The notes under the pieces are model-generated. The model worked only from the letters and a program-made list of their open reading frames with translations. It did no database searches and was not told where the DNA came from. A DNA stretch of 64,000 nucleotides from Selaginella moellendorffii (taxonomy: Eukaryota; Plantae; Lycopodiophyta). The stretch covers positions 4,143,229-4,207,228 of the forward strand of contig NW_003314264.1 of the NCBI RefSeq assembly GCF_000143415.4. The letters run 5' to 3'. Shown here piece after piece: positions 12,401 through 23,724 of this stretch (position 1 is the stretch's first letter; each line of letters begins with the position of its first letter). A program made the position numbers and the translations under genes.

Positions 12401-14167
12401 GTGGTCAAAGCACTCAAGGAGTGGCGATACTACTTTGGGAAACACTTCAAAGTTTACATGAATAATATGGCAATGAAACACTTCTTATCACAACCTGACC
12501 TAAGAGGGGAAACATGGTTGGTGGGCCAATACTTTGGCCAAGTTTGATTACGAGATTCTCTATAAACTTGGGAAAAACAATATTATGGCAAATGCTTTAA
12601 GACGAAAAGCAAGTTTGAAGTTAGTGATATCTAGTGCGATAGCAACCTTTTGGGATGATATGCAGACAATGTATAAAAACGATGGTCTAGCATAAGAAGT
12701 GTTGCTAAGGAACTAGGAGGCACGGGATGCTCACCAGAGAAGGGAGCTGCCTACGAAAGAGAAGACAAGTTATGTAGAACGCAATAGACTCATCTATTAT
12801 AAATAAATGAGGGTGTATGTTCCATAAAGGGAATTAAGAAAGGTAGCCTTAGAAAAGAGTCATGATAGACCTCTTGCAGGACATGATGGAGTGCCCAAGA
12901 CAATAGGCTTACTTAAGAAGAAGTATCACTGGCTAGATATGGCTAAGGACGTCCAAGACTATGTAAAAACATATCCAACATGTCAGCAGGTCAAAGCCGT
13001 GATTAAGGTTAGTGGAGGCTTGTTACAAAGCCTCCCAATTCTAGATCATCTGTGGAAATGTCTTACAATGGACTTTATCACAGGATTCCCCGTAAGTGAG
13101 GGGTTTGATGGGATATTTGTAGTGATGGACTAATTTTCAAAGATGGCACATTTTATATCCACTACAATGGAAGTGGATGCAGAAGGTGTGGTGAAGTTAT
13201 TCTTCGAACAAACGGTTTAAGTGCGGGGAAGGCTAAAAGAGATTATCTCAAATCAAGATAAGATCAAGTTGAAATTTAGCATAGCCTATCACCTACAGAC
13301 AGGTATTGGGTATTAAATCAAGTTTTATGGACAAACAAAAAGGGTGATTGGAGGATTATTTATGATGTTATGTCTCCGGAGACCAAACTGATTGGGTAAA
13401 TCATTTGGGACTTGCAAAAATGTTTTATAACAACTCACCACATTCGAATACTGGGGTGAGTCCATGGGAAGTTATCATAGGTGAGTTATTGAAGGTCTTG
13501 TGGAACTCGACGTGGCCAAGTATCATGGAGAGTTACCCGCAGTGGAGGTGTTCACGAGAGAAAGACCTAACATTTGGAATTTAGTGAGGGATTCCTTGGA
13601 ACGGGCTCAACAAAGGCAAGTTAAATACCCGAACCAGAAGTGTCGGGATGTAAAGTTTTAACCTGGGGATAAAGTGTGGCTGAACACTAAAAACCTAAGG
13701 TTACCAAGTAGGATCAACTGGAAGTTGACCCAAAGTTAAAATGCATGTATTCCTAGAATGAACTAATTTTGAGTTCCTTAAGTAAGTTCGTAAGGCCTTA
13801 TGAGATTGAGGCTCGAATTGGTAAGGTGGCTTATTATTTCTGACTTCCTCGGGAGATGGGGAAAATGCACCCTGTGTTCCATGTGAACTTACTCAAGCTG
13901 TATTTTGAGGATTTACTTTGCAAGGACCAAATATGACCTCTACCTGAAGTTATCCAAGGGGAAGAAGAATACAAAGTTAAGGCCATCCTCAATATGCACA
14001 AGAGCAAGTGACAAGGACATGAGGTGAGGGAGTTCTATGTGAAGTAGAAAGGATTTCCACACTGCGAAGCAACATAAGAACCGAAGGGGAATCTAGCGAA
14101 TGCATGAGATTTAGTGGAGGAATTTTTGCAAGGTAGAACTCTCTGTACTTATGCAAAATTCAATTAA
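9402..14167 (+). pseudogene. gag-pol pseudogene of element 1 (zinc knuckle, protease, RT, RNase H, integrase, chromodomain)
   Basis: [41 protein letters not shown] (YIDD mutated), TMDFITGFP, EEEYKVKAIL...VK*KGF...AT*EP; many stops and frameshifts. Confidence 0.92.
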
Positions 14168-15510
14168 AGAATCTATTTGAGAAATTGAGCAATTTTATAT
14201 GCTGGGACCTGAAGGTGTGCCGAAGGTAATTTAATTAGCATGGGTTAGCTAGGTCAACCAAGCGTAGAAAACTATACCCGACTCTTCACAGGGATGTCGA
14301 ATCCATATACATATTCTATGGAGGTTAAGTTCAAATCCCAACCCTTTAGTAAAGCAAAGCTGGGTTCAAGTCCCAACCCCATACTAGGGCATGGTAAAGT
14401 GAGGAGTATAGGGACATTTATACTTCGTTATTATGAGCTCTTGGCTAGAGAGGCTAATTTAGGCACACCACTAAGTGGGGGGATGCCCTTGAAAACTTGG
14501 TCAACAAGTCATAGGATTAAAAAGAGATGTTCAATATGGGCATAGAAGTTGTTCTATGGGTGGTGGAGTTGTAAAGAACTAACTCCCCGAGGTGTTGTAG
14601 GTTGAAGGATCCCTGAAGCATGACCAAAATGATAAAAAGTTCATCATATGAGACTAAGTCTGAGATCGAGTCCGAGATTAAGTCTGAGATCGAGTCCAAG
14701 ACCGAGTCCGAGATCCGAGACCAAGTTCGAGATTCGAGTTTGGGTCCGAGACTAAGTCTGAGATCGAGTTCGAGACAAAGTCTGAGGTTAGGTCTAAGAT
14801 CAGGTCCAAGATCAAGTCCAAGGTCAAATCTGAGATCAAGTTCAAGATTGAGTCTGAGACCAAGTCCAAGATCAACTCTAAATACTAATATAGGTCGTGG
14901 GGTGAAAGCCCAAAGCATGTGTCTCCCAGGGGGCACTGCAAGGGGTTCTAAAGTATAATAGTGATAGGGATAGTGAGGTCTATAAACCAGTCATGAAGGA
15001 ACTCTCTAGTGGTGCTTCTAAACTAACTTGAAGGTTGAGGTTGGGGCTTAAGGGCCTTGGGTGGGAGTGAGCATGGACTCAGGTGGTGCCAGAAGGGCCA
15101 CTTAAGGAAATGCTTAAAAGTTCCTACTCCCGAAAGGGAAACTAACTGTAGTGCTCCCAGCTCATATGGAGTAGTGCCCCACTTGAGTACCTTGTAATTC
15201 ATTGATCCTCACCCTTTCTAGGGGCTTGGGCTTTTCTTTCAGGATGGAAGTGGGGGAATAAGGGTACTTATACCGGGGTATTAGGCTATAGTGTTTCCCT
15301 CTAGTGTCCCGAAGCAAATGTTGCACCCAAGGCTTGGGATTTAAAGGGTCTTATGATCAAGTTTTGTGGTACCAAGGGATGTTAGGAACCTAAAAGCTTG
15401 GTGTGCTTGGCTGCTTGTACCTGTAGAGAGTGTAGCCGAACCTTAAGTCTAGTCTAACCCGGGGAAGGGAATTAAGAGAGAATTTAAGAATTCGTAGATG
15501 CATGGTTAAC

Positions 15511-16098
15511 GCTCCTAAGTTTGGACTTCCCGGGAAGTCACCCAGCCCAGTATTATTCACACCTAAGGACGCTTAACCCCAAATATCCCAAGACCCTTAA
15601 CCATTTGGAAAAGGGGGTGCACTCTTATTCATGGGCCCTTTCCCTCTATATTTGAACCCCATGGATCATCTCTCGAGTCGTTCCCTTTAGTTGCTTACAA
15701 TCCACCACGCTTCCCTGCAAGTTCACGCCTTTGTGAACGGAAGCTGAGAGCCACAGCTCTCCCGAGAGCCTCGCTCTCTTGACACCCTACCCCTCGGGTC
15801 GAGCCCAGCGGGAACAAACTGGACTAGCCAGATGTCAATCAACATGTGGTGTGATTCCCCTAGCCAACCAACAAAGTCAGACCCGAGACCGCTCCGATAC
15901 CAAATGTAAGCTCTTGAGTTTGGACTTCCTGGGAGGTCACCCAGCCCAGTACTATTCACACCTAATGACGCTTAACCCCAAATATCCCAAGACCTTTAAC
16001 CATTTGGAAAAGGGGGTGCACTCTTATTCATGGGCTCTTTCCCTCTATATTTGAACCCCATGGATCGTCTCTCGAGTCATTCCCTTTAGTTGCTTACA
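15511..16098 (-). mobile_element. Cassandra-type TRIM with 5S rRNA-derived LTRs, nested in the 3' LTR of element 1
   Basis: Two ~194-bp LTRs (about 15511-15699 and 15905-16098); PBS TGGTATCGGAGC on - strand (15891-15902); PPT GGGAAGCGTGGTGGAT (15700-15715, - strand); 205-bp non-coding interior; 5S-like GTTAAGCGT...TACTGGGCTGGGTGAC(C/T)TCCC(G/A)GGAAGTCC at 15523-15577 and 15922-15976. Confidence 0.92.
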
Positions 16099-16529
16099 CG
16101 TTACTCATGCAGTGAGGTGTTGAAACTAAGTAGGACCAAGTAAGAGTTGGTACAATAGGTGGGAACCTTGGCGAAGGAATTTAACTAAGGCCAAGGCCAT
16201 GGTGGTTGAATAGACAAGGTAAACTAGCAAATTATAAAGGAAAAATTTATGGTTTACAATAATCCTCTTGACCCACAGTGATCCATGAGAGTTTTGCCCC
16301 AATCATAATCTCAGGAATGCCAATTATAGTTTGTAGGGCATAGTAATTGAATCCAAGGTCCCTATCTATAACATTCCTATTTTTTATGTAAGGTAAGAAA
16401 TTTCTACTATTGTAAGCTTCAATTTTTAATGCTTTTCAAATTCTAGATGTAGTTTCTATGCAAACAGTTTTACTAATGGCACACAAGACCTATGGAGAGA
16501 CAAGAATGAAGAAGTAGGCTTCTAGTAGT

Positions 16530-17840
16530 AAAAAACTTATACTAGGAAATTAAATTTAGCTTCTAGTTCTCCTAGCAACATCCTTTAATTTTGGTCTAGA
16601 CTCATAACATAATCATGAATAATTTAGCTGATCCTCTGGCCATCTATTTGTGCTACCCTGGATCACTGTGGCAAGTAACATTTTATAGTTACATAAATCC
16701 ACATTAAATTCTTCATAAAAATATTCGTTCATTACAATGATTATGTTGTATAGAATGCAACAAGCTGTGATATTGTTTGCAAGGATGCCTAAATAGTTGT
16801 AAAAGACCTTCCTAATAAGCAAATGCCACTAAGTCTTCAACAAACCAAAGGCCCTTTCAATGATAATATGTGTTGAAGAGTTGTATTTTGTCTTCCTCTA
16901 AATGCTAGGAAATGGCACTAAGAGAGGAGGCATACAATCATAACTTCCATCAACAATGATATACTCTAGTATGGCCCCAAATTCAATTGAGAATATTGGT
17001 CCATCCAATTGATTACCAATCAAAGTTTCCCTCTTTATTCCTGATATATGCCAAGCATGATGATTTGGAACATTGCCTGGAAGTGCTGTAGAAATGTCTA
17101 GAAACCTTGCTTTGCTATCCACAATTGCTTGCACAGGCATTTGTTTTAATATACCAATCCTTTAGATCCATATTTAATGGAAGCTTAATTGGGATATAAG
17201 TGTAATCTATAGCTCCAAGGCAATTTGGGAAGCCTCTCAACTCTTGAAGTGCATGTTTGATGTTCTATAATTCCCTTGGATCTATAGTCTAAGTAATTTG
17301 ATGCACAGAATTGCTAAACTAAGCAATATAAAACTTTTTCAAACATTTATATGTAGTAAATGATGCCATCCCAAAACTATTGCTAATTGTTCGCCAATGA
17401 TCATCTATCACCAACCTCTTCAAAGAAATTGCAATCTAGTTAAATATTGGAACAAGCCTCTGAAATGTTTTCAAAACTAGTTGAAGATAAAGTCTTCAAA
17501 TCATCCCCTAGTAAGTCATAAAGTACATGAAAGTCCCCATACAGATGCGAAACACTTCTTAGAATCGCATGCAATCAATCTTTAAAACCTCTAACTTAAT
17601 TTGGTACCACCAATGAAGAGATTTAGGTTTGATATAGAGACCTCCTATTTTTTATCCCACTAATTCTTTTCTATTGATCATACAAGCTGCAAAGAGTGCT
17701 GGAGTAGAATTGTCAAGAACAAGAACACAAAGGACATCTCACGATGAAGTGTGAAAATGCTTAAACCTTTGCATTATGTTCTCAAGTAGTTCTTGCTCTT
17801 CTACTAGAAAGAAAGCAACTAGAGTTGCACTTACTTCCAT
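16530..17840 (-). pseudogene. PIF/Harbinger DDE transposase (HARBI1/ALP1-like) pseudogene
   Basis: GFPNCLGAID, QAIVDSKARFLDISTALPGNVP, IVDGSY..MPPLLVPFP, IIERAFGLLKT*W, ACCILYN motifs with stops and frameshifts; no TIRs recognised. Confidence 0.8.
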
Positions 17841-18127
17841 AATTGTAGTGATGATTTGCAATCCAACTATAAGGAGCTTTGTCTTGCCAATCCTTGCCAT
17901 CATGGATAGCAAAGCCTTGCCATGATGTTTAGAAACCTTGCCAATCCTTGCCATGAATTTGTATTGATTATCTTGAAGTTATCTTGATTAGATGGAATTG
18001 TTACAATACAATATGATACTATATCACTTCTATTTTTTGACATATGCAAATTGAGTTTTCATCTTATCTATTTAGCTAGATTATTGCTAACTTTCCCATT
18101 ATCAATAGGGTTCTTTAAAGTGCAATC

Positions 18128-19187
18128 TATAGCATATGTGATCATGGGATGAGATTTAGATATACTGTCACTGTAGATCCTTGGAACCTTGGGGGATAAA
18201 TGGGGATAAAATAGCCACTAAGGGCTCTTTTATCAAGTAATTGCCCCTTTTTTAGTTGGCTTAAGGAGAGAGAAATAAAGTGTGCTATAGTTGGTATCGG
18301 AGCAAATGGCACAGGTTTGATTCCCATTAATTAATGGCTACTTAAAAATATAATATACCCTTGAGCAAGGTATATTCTTACCTCTAAATTTGAAATTGTA
18401 CGAATTGGGCATCTATGCGTATGTCCTTCCTCTTGTCTGGAGTATCCACGGACGAAGGTATCTACTGTGGGACTGCAGTACGGGTGGATGATTAGTTGCC
18501 TCGCAACCAATATATTGGTCTATACAATAGAAGGATTGGTAGATTCAGTGCAGAAATGGAAGTGTTGATTCCCCTTGGCTCAGTAGGGGTTGTTAGTTAA
18601 TAGTCAATAGTCAATGAGGACATTGACATCTTTAAAGGGGGGGTGAGTATAGCGTATGTGATCATGGGATGAAATTTAAATATACTGTCACCGTGGATCT
18701 TTATTGCCTCACATGGAATAGCTAATCTATACAATGGAAGGATTGGTAGATTCAGTGCAGAAATGGAGGTGTTGGTTTCCCTTGGCTTAGTAGGGGTTGT
18801 TAGTCAATAGTCAATGAGGACATTGACATCTCTAAAGGGGGGGGGTGAGTGTAGCGCATGTGATTATGGGATGAGATTTAAATATACTGTCACCGTAGAT
18901 CCTTGGCTCAGTAGGGGCTGGTTCCCCTTGGCTCAGTAGGGGTTGTTAGTCAATAGTCAATGAGGACATTGACATCTCTAAGGGGGGGGTGAGTGTAGCG
19001 CATGTGATCATGGGATGAGATTTAGATATACTGTCCATGTGGATCCCCTTTGGGGGGATAAATAGGGATAAAATAGCCATTAAGGGCTCTCTCATCAAGC
19101 AATTGAAGTTTTTTTTGGATTTGTGAATTATTCACAATACACCCCTTTTCCAGTTGGCTTAAGGGGAGAGAGATAAGGTGCGCTACA
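18128..19187 (+). mobile_element. Second TRIM family (TRIM2) with triplicated PPT/LTR-start junction
   Basis: 5' LTR 18128-18289; PBS TGGTATCGGAGC 18292-18303; G-run PPT followed by an LTR start at 18648, 18850 and 18994; complete 3' LTR 18994-19187 ending GCTACA; AATC on both flanks. Confidence 0.85.
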
Positions 19188-20072
19188 AATCACAATTTTT
19201 AAAATCAAAAGTGTTATTTTGGATGTGATCAACATTTTTACGATTAGTCATTCCTAAATAATATAACTATTATAATAAAATATAAAATTTATCATTCACC
19301 TTTTGAAGTATTTTAATTGCTATGTAAAATGGCTAATTATATTAACTTGAGGCTATAATGCTAAATTGCGTTGATTATTTTATAGTTTTAAATAAAATAC
19401 TTTGTTCTTTTAACTCATCAATATGTACATAGGATGTGGTGAAAAAAATATAGTCAATACCCATAAATATATTAATAAAAAATCACTTAATTTATTATTA
19501 TAATATCATACTAATATCCTATTATTATTTGTATTAACTTCTTAACTACCAGTTTTATGTTCTTCAATAACCCTCCTAAACACTAGGGTTCAATTCTTTT
19601 ATTAACAAGCTTTTTATCTTATTACAGAAAATATAAATAGAAAATAGAAAATTCCTTTAATTTTTTAATCTCTGAATTTAGTAGTATTTAGGCTTTTTCC
19701 TTTATAATGAGAATCTATGATAATTGTTGGAAGTTTGGTGTGCTTATGTTTGCCTTCGACTTACCATATTTGAAAAGCTTTGGAAGTATTATAATTTTCC
19801 AAAATAAAATAAACAATAGTAATTTTTTCAAGAAAAAATCCAAGTTATTTCCTTGTATTTTGTTTCTAAATTTTATTTTATAAATTTCTTTTGATGAATT
19901 TGTTTTGAGAAGTAGCAAAAGACACACACTAAACTAATACTGGCTAGTTTCAATAGATTGGGAAATTAATCCTTGTACAATTTTATATATCTTATAAATC
20001 CTAAATTTTTTAATCTACAGTTGCAATCTTAAAAATCAAAATTAATCCCAGATTTTGTTTACAATCTCCCTC

Positions 20073-20525
20073 CCCTTGCAAAAGCACTTTATTCCTTTTG
20101 TCTTCATTACAAATTTTGCACCATACTTTGCCTTCTTCAATACATCATTTTAGCTAAGATTAACTTATTAATCAACTATCTTGAGATGCATTTTGAATTT
20201 TTTTCACCCTATTTTTCTTCTTGGTTATCTCATCACCTTCACTTATTATAAACACAACAATTTTCTCCTTATTTCCAGCTTCTTTATTCTTGATTGCAAT
20301 TGGGATTGATTTTGTAATAATCTTACTCCCTCACCCTTGCAAAATCACTTTATTTTTTTTGTCTTTGTCACAAATTTTACACCATATTTTGCCTTCTTCA
20401 ATACATCATTCTAGCCAAGGTTAGAACATTAACCAGCTATCTAGACATGTATTTTGGGTTTTTTTCAGCCTCTTTTTCTCCTTGGTTACCGTCACCTATT
20501 ATAAATACAACAATTTTCTCCTTAT
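20073..20525 (-). repeat. Diverged ~200-bp direct repeat (period ~260 bp) encoding a WCKIC motif on the - strand
   Basis: About 20073-20273 aligns with about 20334-20525; translations CIEEGKVWCKICNEDKRNKVLLQG and CIEEGKIWCKICDKDKKNKVILQG. Confidence 0.7.
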
Positions 20526-22059
20526 GCTTCTTTATGCTATAGATCAATAGATTACCTTACATGCTAGTTTTCTACTTCCTAGACACCTCATTTTGGCAGT
20601 GGTTGTTTAGCCGTTAGAGTGTTAATAAAAAAACATTCAAGATTTGGAAATATTCTTAAAAAATTCTATAAATAAAATTCCAATTATATTTAATCAAGAT
20701 CCAAAACTTATATTAATATAACCAGAAAGTATATTCAAGAATCTCCTATTACTTTTTCTTTAACCAGGTACTTCTTTGACTTTGGAACTTTATTTTTAGA
20801 AGGAGCTTATACATCTACTTTTCTTATTAAAATTTCTACTTTTCCATCATACCAATAACTAATGTAATAGTGAGTGTGTTGATATTTTAAATTTTAGACT
20901 GATACTTAAGATCTAAGGAAGTTTTTTGTTTTAAAGGTGCTCACTAATTTGGTTGATATCTTTGAGAAATTTTCTATATGAAATTTTTTTACTAGAAAAA
21001 CATGCATATAACCTCCTTAATAGTGATAATTGACTCCATTGATTCCTAAGCCCATCCCAAGCATATCATTATCCTCATCAAGTGAAAATGTTTTGAGTCA
21101 ATGATAGAGATCACAAATTGCTAAAGAGTCACAGTTCATCCATAGTATACATTGCATATTGTTTATCTAGAGTTATGCAGCCTATCAATTTTAGTCTACT
21201 CACCTCTTTAAAAGATGTAATATTTTCAATTAAGATTTGATGAACACAACTCATTCCATGAGTATTGGCTTTTGTGGGGAAACATAATCCAGAGCATCTT
21301 TAAAGCTTCACATTTACTTATTGAGACTCATCAGCTCTAGAAAGGAGGATCTAGCTGCTCCTGTCACTCTTGTCGCTATGCATTTGCTCTGGAAACCATA
21401 TGTCTATACTGGTTTGAAATTATAAAGAAAACAAAAAATCTTTTAGAGTCTTGAAAAAGAAACTCAAGACTAATGACAAAATCCCTGTAGAGAAACAAAA
21501 AGCATAATGGCAAAAACAAAAAGATAAACCTTTTCACTTTGAAGATCTTGATGTTATGGCACCTTAAGAAGACACCCTACCATTCTAGAGGAAAGTACCT
21601 CAAAGCCAAGGCAGGGATAATTGATAATTTAGAGAGGTCTCGTGAGAAACATAAAATGGTCCAATCCCTAACTGGCTTGTAACCAGATAGATTTGGTGTT
21701 AGTGTAAAAGAAAGATAAGGAAAGAAATGATGTTGTGATTATGTGTGCCTATGCAGCACAACGGCAATTTCCTCATATGACCAAGAAATTTTTCTAATAA
21801 AATGTCTTCAAGAATACAATTCTTCTAGCTAGTGCACATTCTCTTATTTCCTTCTCTCCTTGGATTTTCAGCCTGCTGCCAACCACACGTACAAATCTGT
21901 GAGAACGAAAACTCGTAAAGGGTTTTAAATGGTCGTTGAATATGGTGGATGGATCTTAACTAAACCAGAACTTTAGTTAGGTTAATTTTTCTTCTTCCCG
22001 GATTAGGTTTTAATTCTTTGTTGAGGAATCCTGTCTTCCTCTCGATCGAACGAATTGCG

Positions 22060-23483
22060 ATGCATGCGCTGCTCGGCCGCATTCTCAGCGCCCCGCCGGA
22101 GCAGCTCCTCTTCCTGGTCTTCGCACTGCTGGGGACGTACTGCGCGATCAAAGCCGGGATCCAATTCGCCACCGCGATCTGGATCGTCTTGCTCCGGCCG
22201 GGCAAGAATCTCCATCGCTACGGGAGCTGGGCGGTGGTGACGGGTGCGAGCGATGGAATCGGCAGGGCGGTTTGCTTCCAGCTCGCGGCGCGCGGCATCA
22301 ATGTGGTGGCAGTGGGGCGCACGGAATCCAAGCTGGAGGAGCTCGTGAGGGACATCCAGCGGATCTACAGTGGCGTGCTTGTGAAATTCGTGGTGCTGGA
22401 CTTCGCGAGCGAGAAATTGGAGGCGGGATTGAAGAGCATTGGCGAGGTTGTGGAGGGATTGGAAGTGGGGATTCTCGTCAACAACGTCGGGGTGAGCTAT
22501 CCCTACGCCAGGTACTTCCACGAGGTGGACGGGGATCTACTGGAGAGATTGGTGCGCGTGAATGTGGTGGCTACCACTCGGATGAGCCAGCTCCTTGTTC
22601 CTCAGATGCTCAAGCGGAGAAAGGGAGCCATTGTCAACATTGGCTCTGGATCTGGAACGATTCTTCCATCGGATCCACTCTACGCCATCTATGCCGCGAC
22701 GAAAGGGTGAGTGCCTTCTTCTTCTAGCTTCCTTTCGTGTTCTTCCAACATTGAATTTTCCTTCTTCGTGTTCTCTCTCACTCATACATGATTGAGGCTG
22801 GCGAATTTTCCTTCATTGCCTGAAAGATTGTATCGCTTTCTTCCTCGGTGCTCTTTTCTTGCTCTCGTGTTGCCACGCGCATTTTTCTTTTCCGCCACAC
22901 ATCTCTGTGCATTTGTCTGAAAGATCCCATTGTTTATCGGCGACTTCACTTTTTCTTTTTATCAATGTTGCCTGTCTAAAGTTTGATATTCTTTCGTTCT
23001 CGGTTCTGAGGGGCCAGAGGGAATAATTTTCATGCTCCACCACCTCCACCGCATTGATTAACAGTGAAAAGTTTTGTATCCTCTTCTCGCTTCCCAGGTA
23101 CATAGAAATCCTGTCTCGATCCATGTACAACGAGTACAGGCATTGTGGGATCGACGTCCAGTGTCAGGTACGAGGAAAAAAAAGAAGAAAAAGATTCCAG
23201 GCTTGAGTTTTCTTTGCATTTCCAGGTTCCTCTCTACGTGAAGACGAAGATGGCCAAGATAAGAAACACTTCCCTCACTGTCCCGTCCCCAGAGGCCTAC
23301 GCAAAGTCGGCACTGAGAAGCATTGGCTACGAGGCGGTGGCCACGCCTTACTGGGCACACCATTTGCTATGGTGGCTCATCAGCCTCGTCCCCGAGAGGA
23401 TCGTCTCCGCCATTCGCCTCAGCAGCAATCTCGATCTGCGACGAAGGGGCCAAGCCAAGGACGCCAAAGCCAAAGCGAATTGA
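22060..23483 (+). CDS. KCR1: Very-long-chain 3-oxoacyl-CoA reductase (SDR family), 3 exons
   Basis: YGSWAVVTGASDGIG, ILVNNVGVSYPYARYFHEVD, GAIVNIGSG, PSDPLYAIYAATK (YxxxK), GIDVQCQ|VPLYVKTKM, TPYWAH. Confidence 0.92.
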
Positions 23484-23724
23484 TTCCACGAAGTGACACA
23501 GCTTTAAACGTATTCTATCCACGGGTTTGATTGACTTTTGGAGCCCGTGACAAGTGAAAAAATAACAAGTTGGTGCCATGGGATGATGTGATTACATTTA
23601 ATAACGACACATTGGCACGGTATTTTATTTTTTGGATCAAATCTATAATATTATTAAGAATTTTAAGAACATAATATTATTATTGAAGAATGTAGTGTAA
23701 GACTAGCAAAGATCAATAATTTTC

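Larger units (their letters stand above)
8803..16258 (+). mobile_element. Full-length, decayed Ty3/gypsy chromovirus LTR retrotransposon (element 1)
   Basis: TG...CA termini; 5-bp TSD ATAAT (8798-8802 / 16259-16263); 5' LTR 8803-9351; PBS TGGTATCAAAGC 9355-9366; PPT ATGGGTGGTGGAGT ending 14569; 3' LTR 14570-16258; gag-PR-RT-RH-IN-chromo order. Confidence 0.93.

Noticed and set aside
15700-15719. tRNA-iMet gene
   Set aside because: Only a 13-17 nt match with no cloverleaf; kept as a motif-level finding only
15523-15976. 5S rRNA genes
   Set aside because: Only ~55 nt of the internal promoter region is present, embedded in LTRs; no full 120-nt gene or oligo-T terminator
20900-21900. Possible decayed coding sequence
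   Set aside because: Composition is suggestive but I could not identify any protein motif
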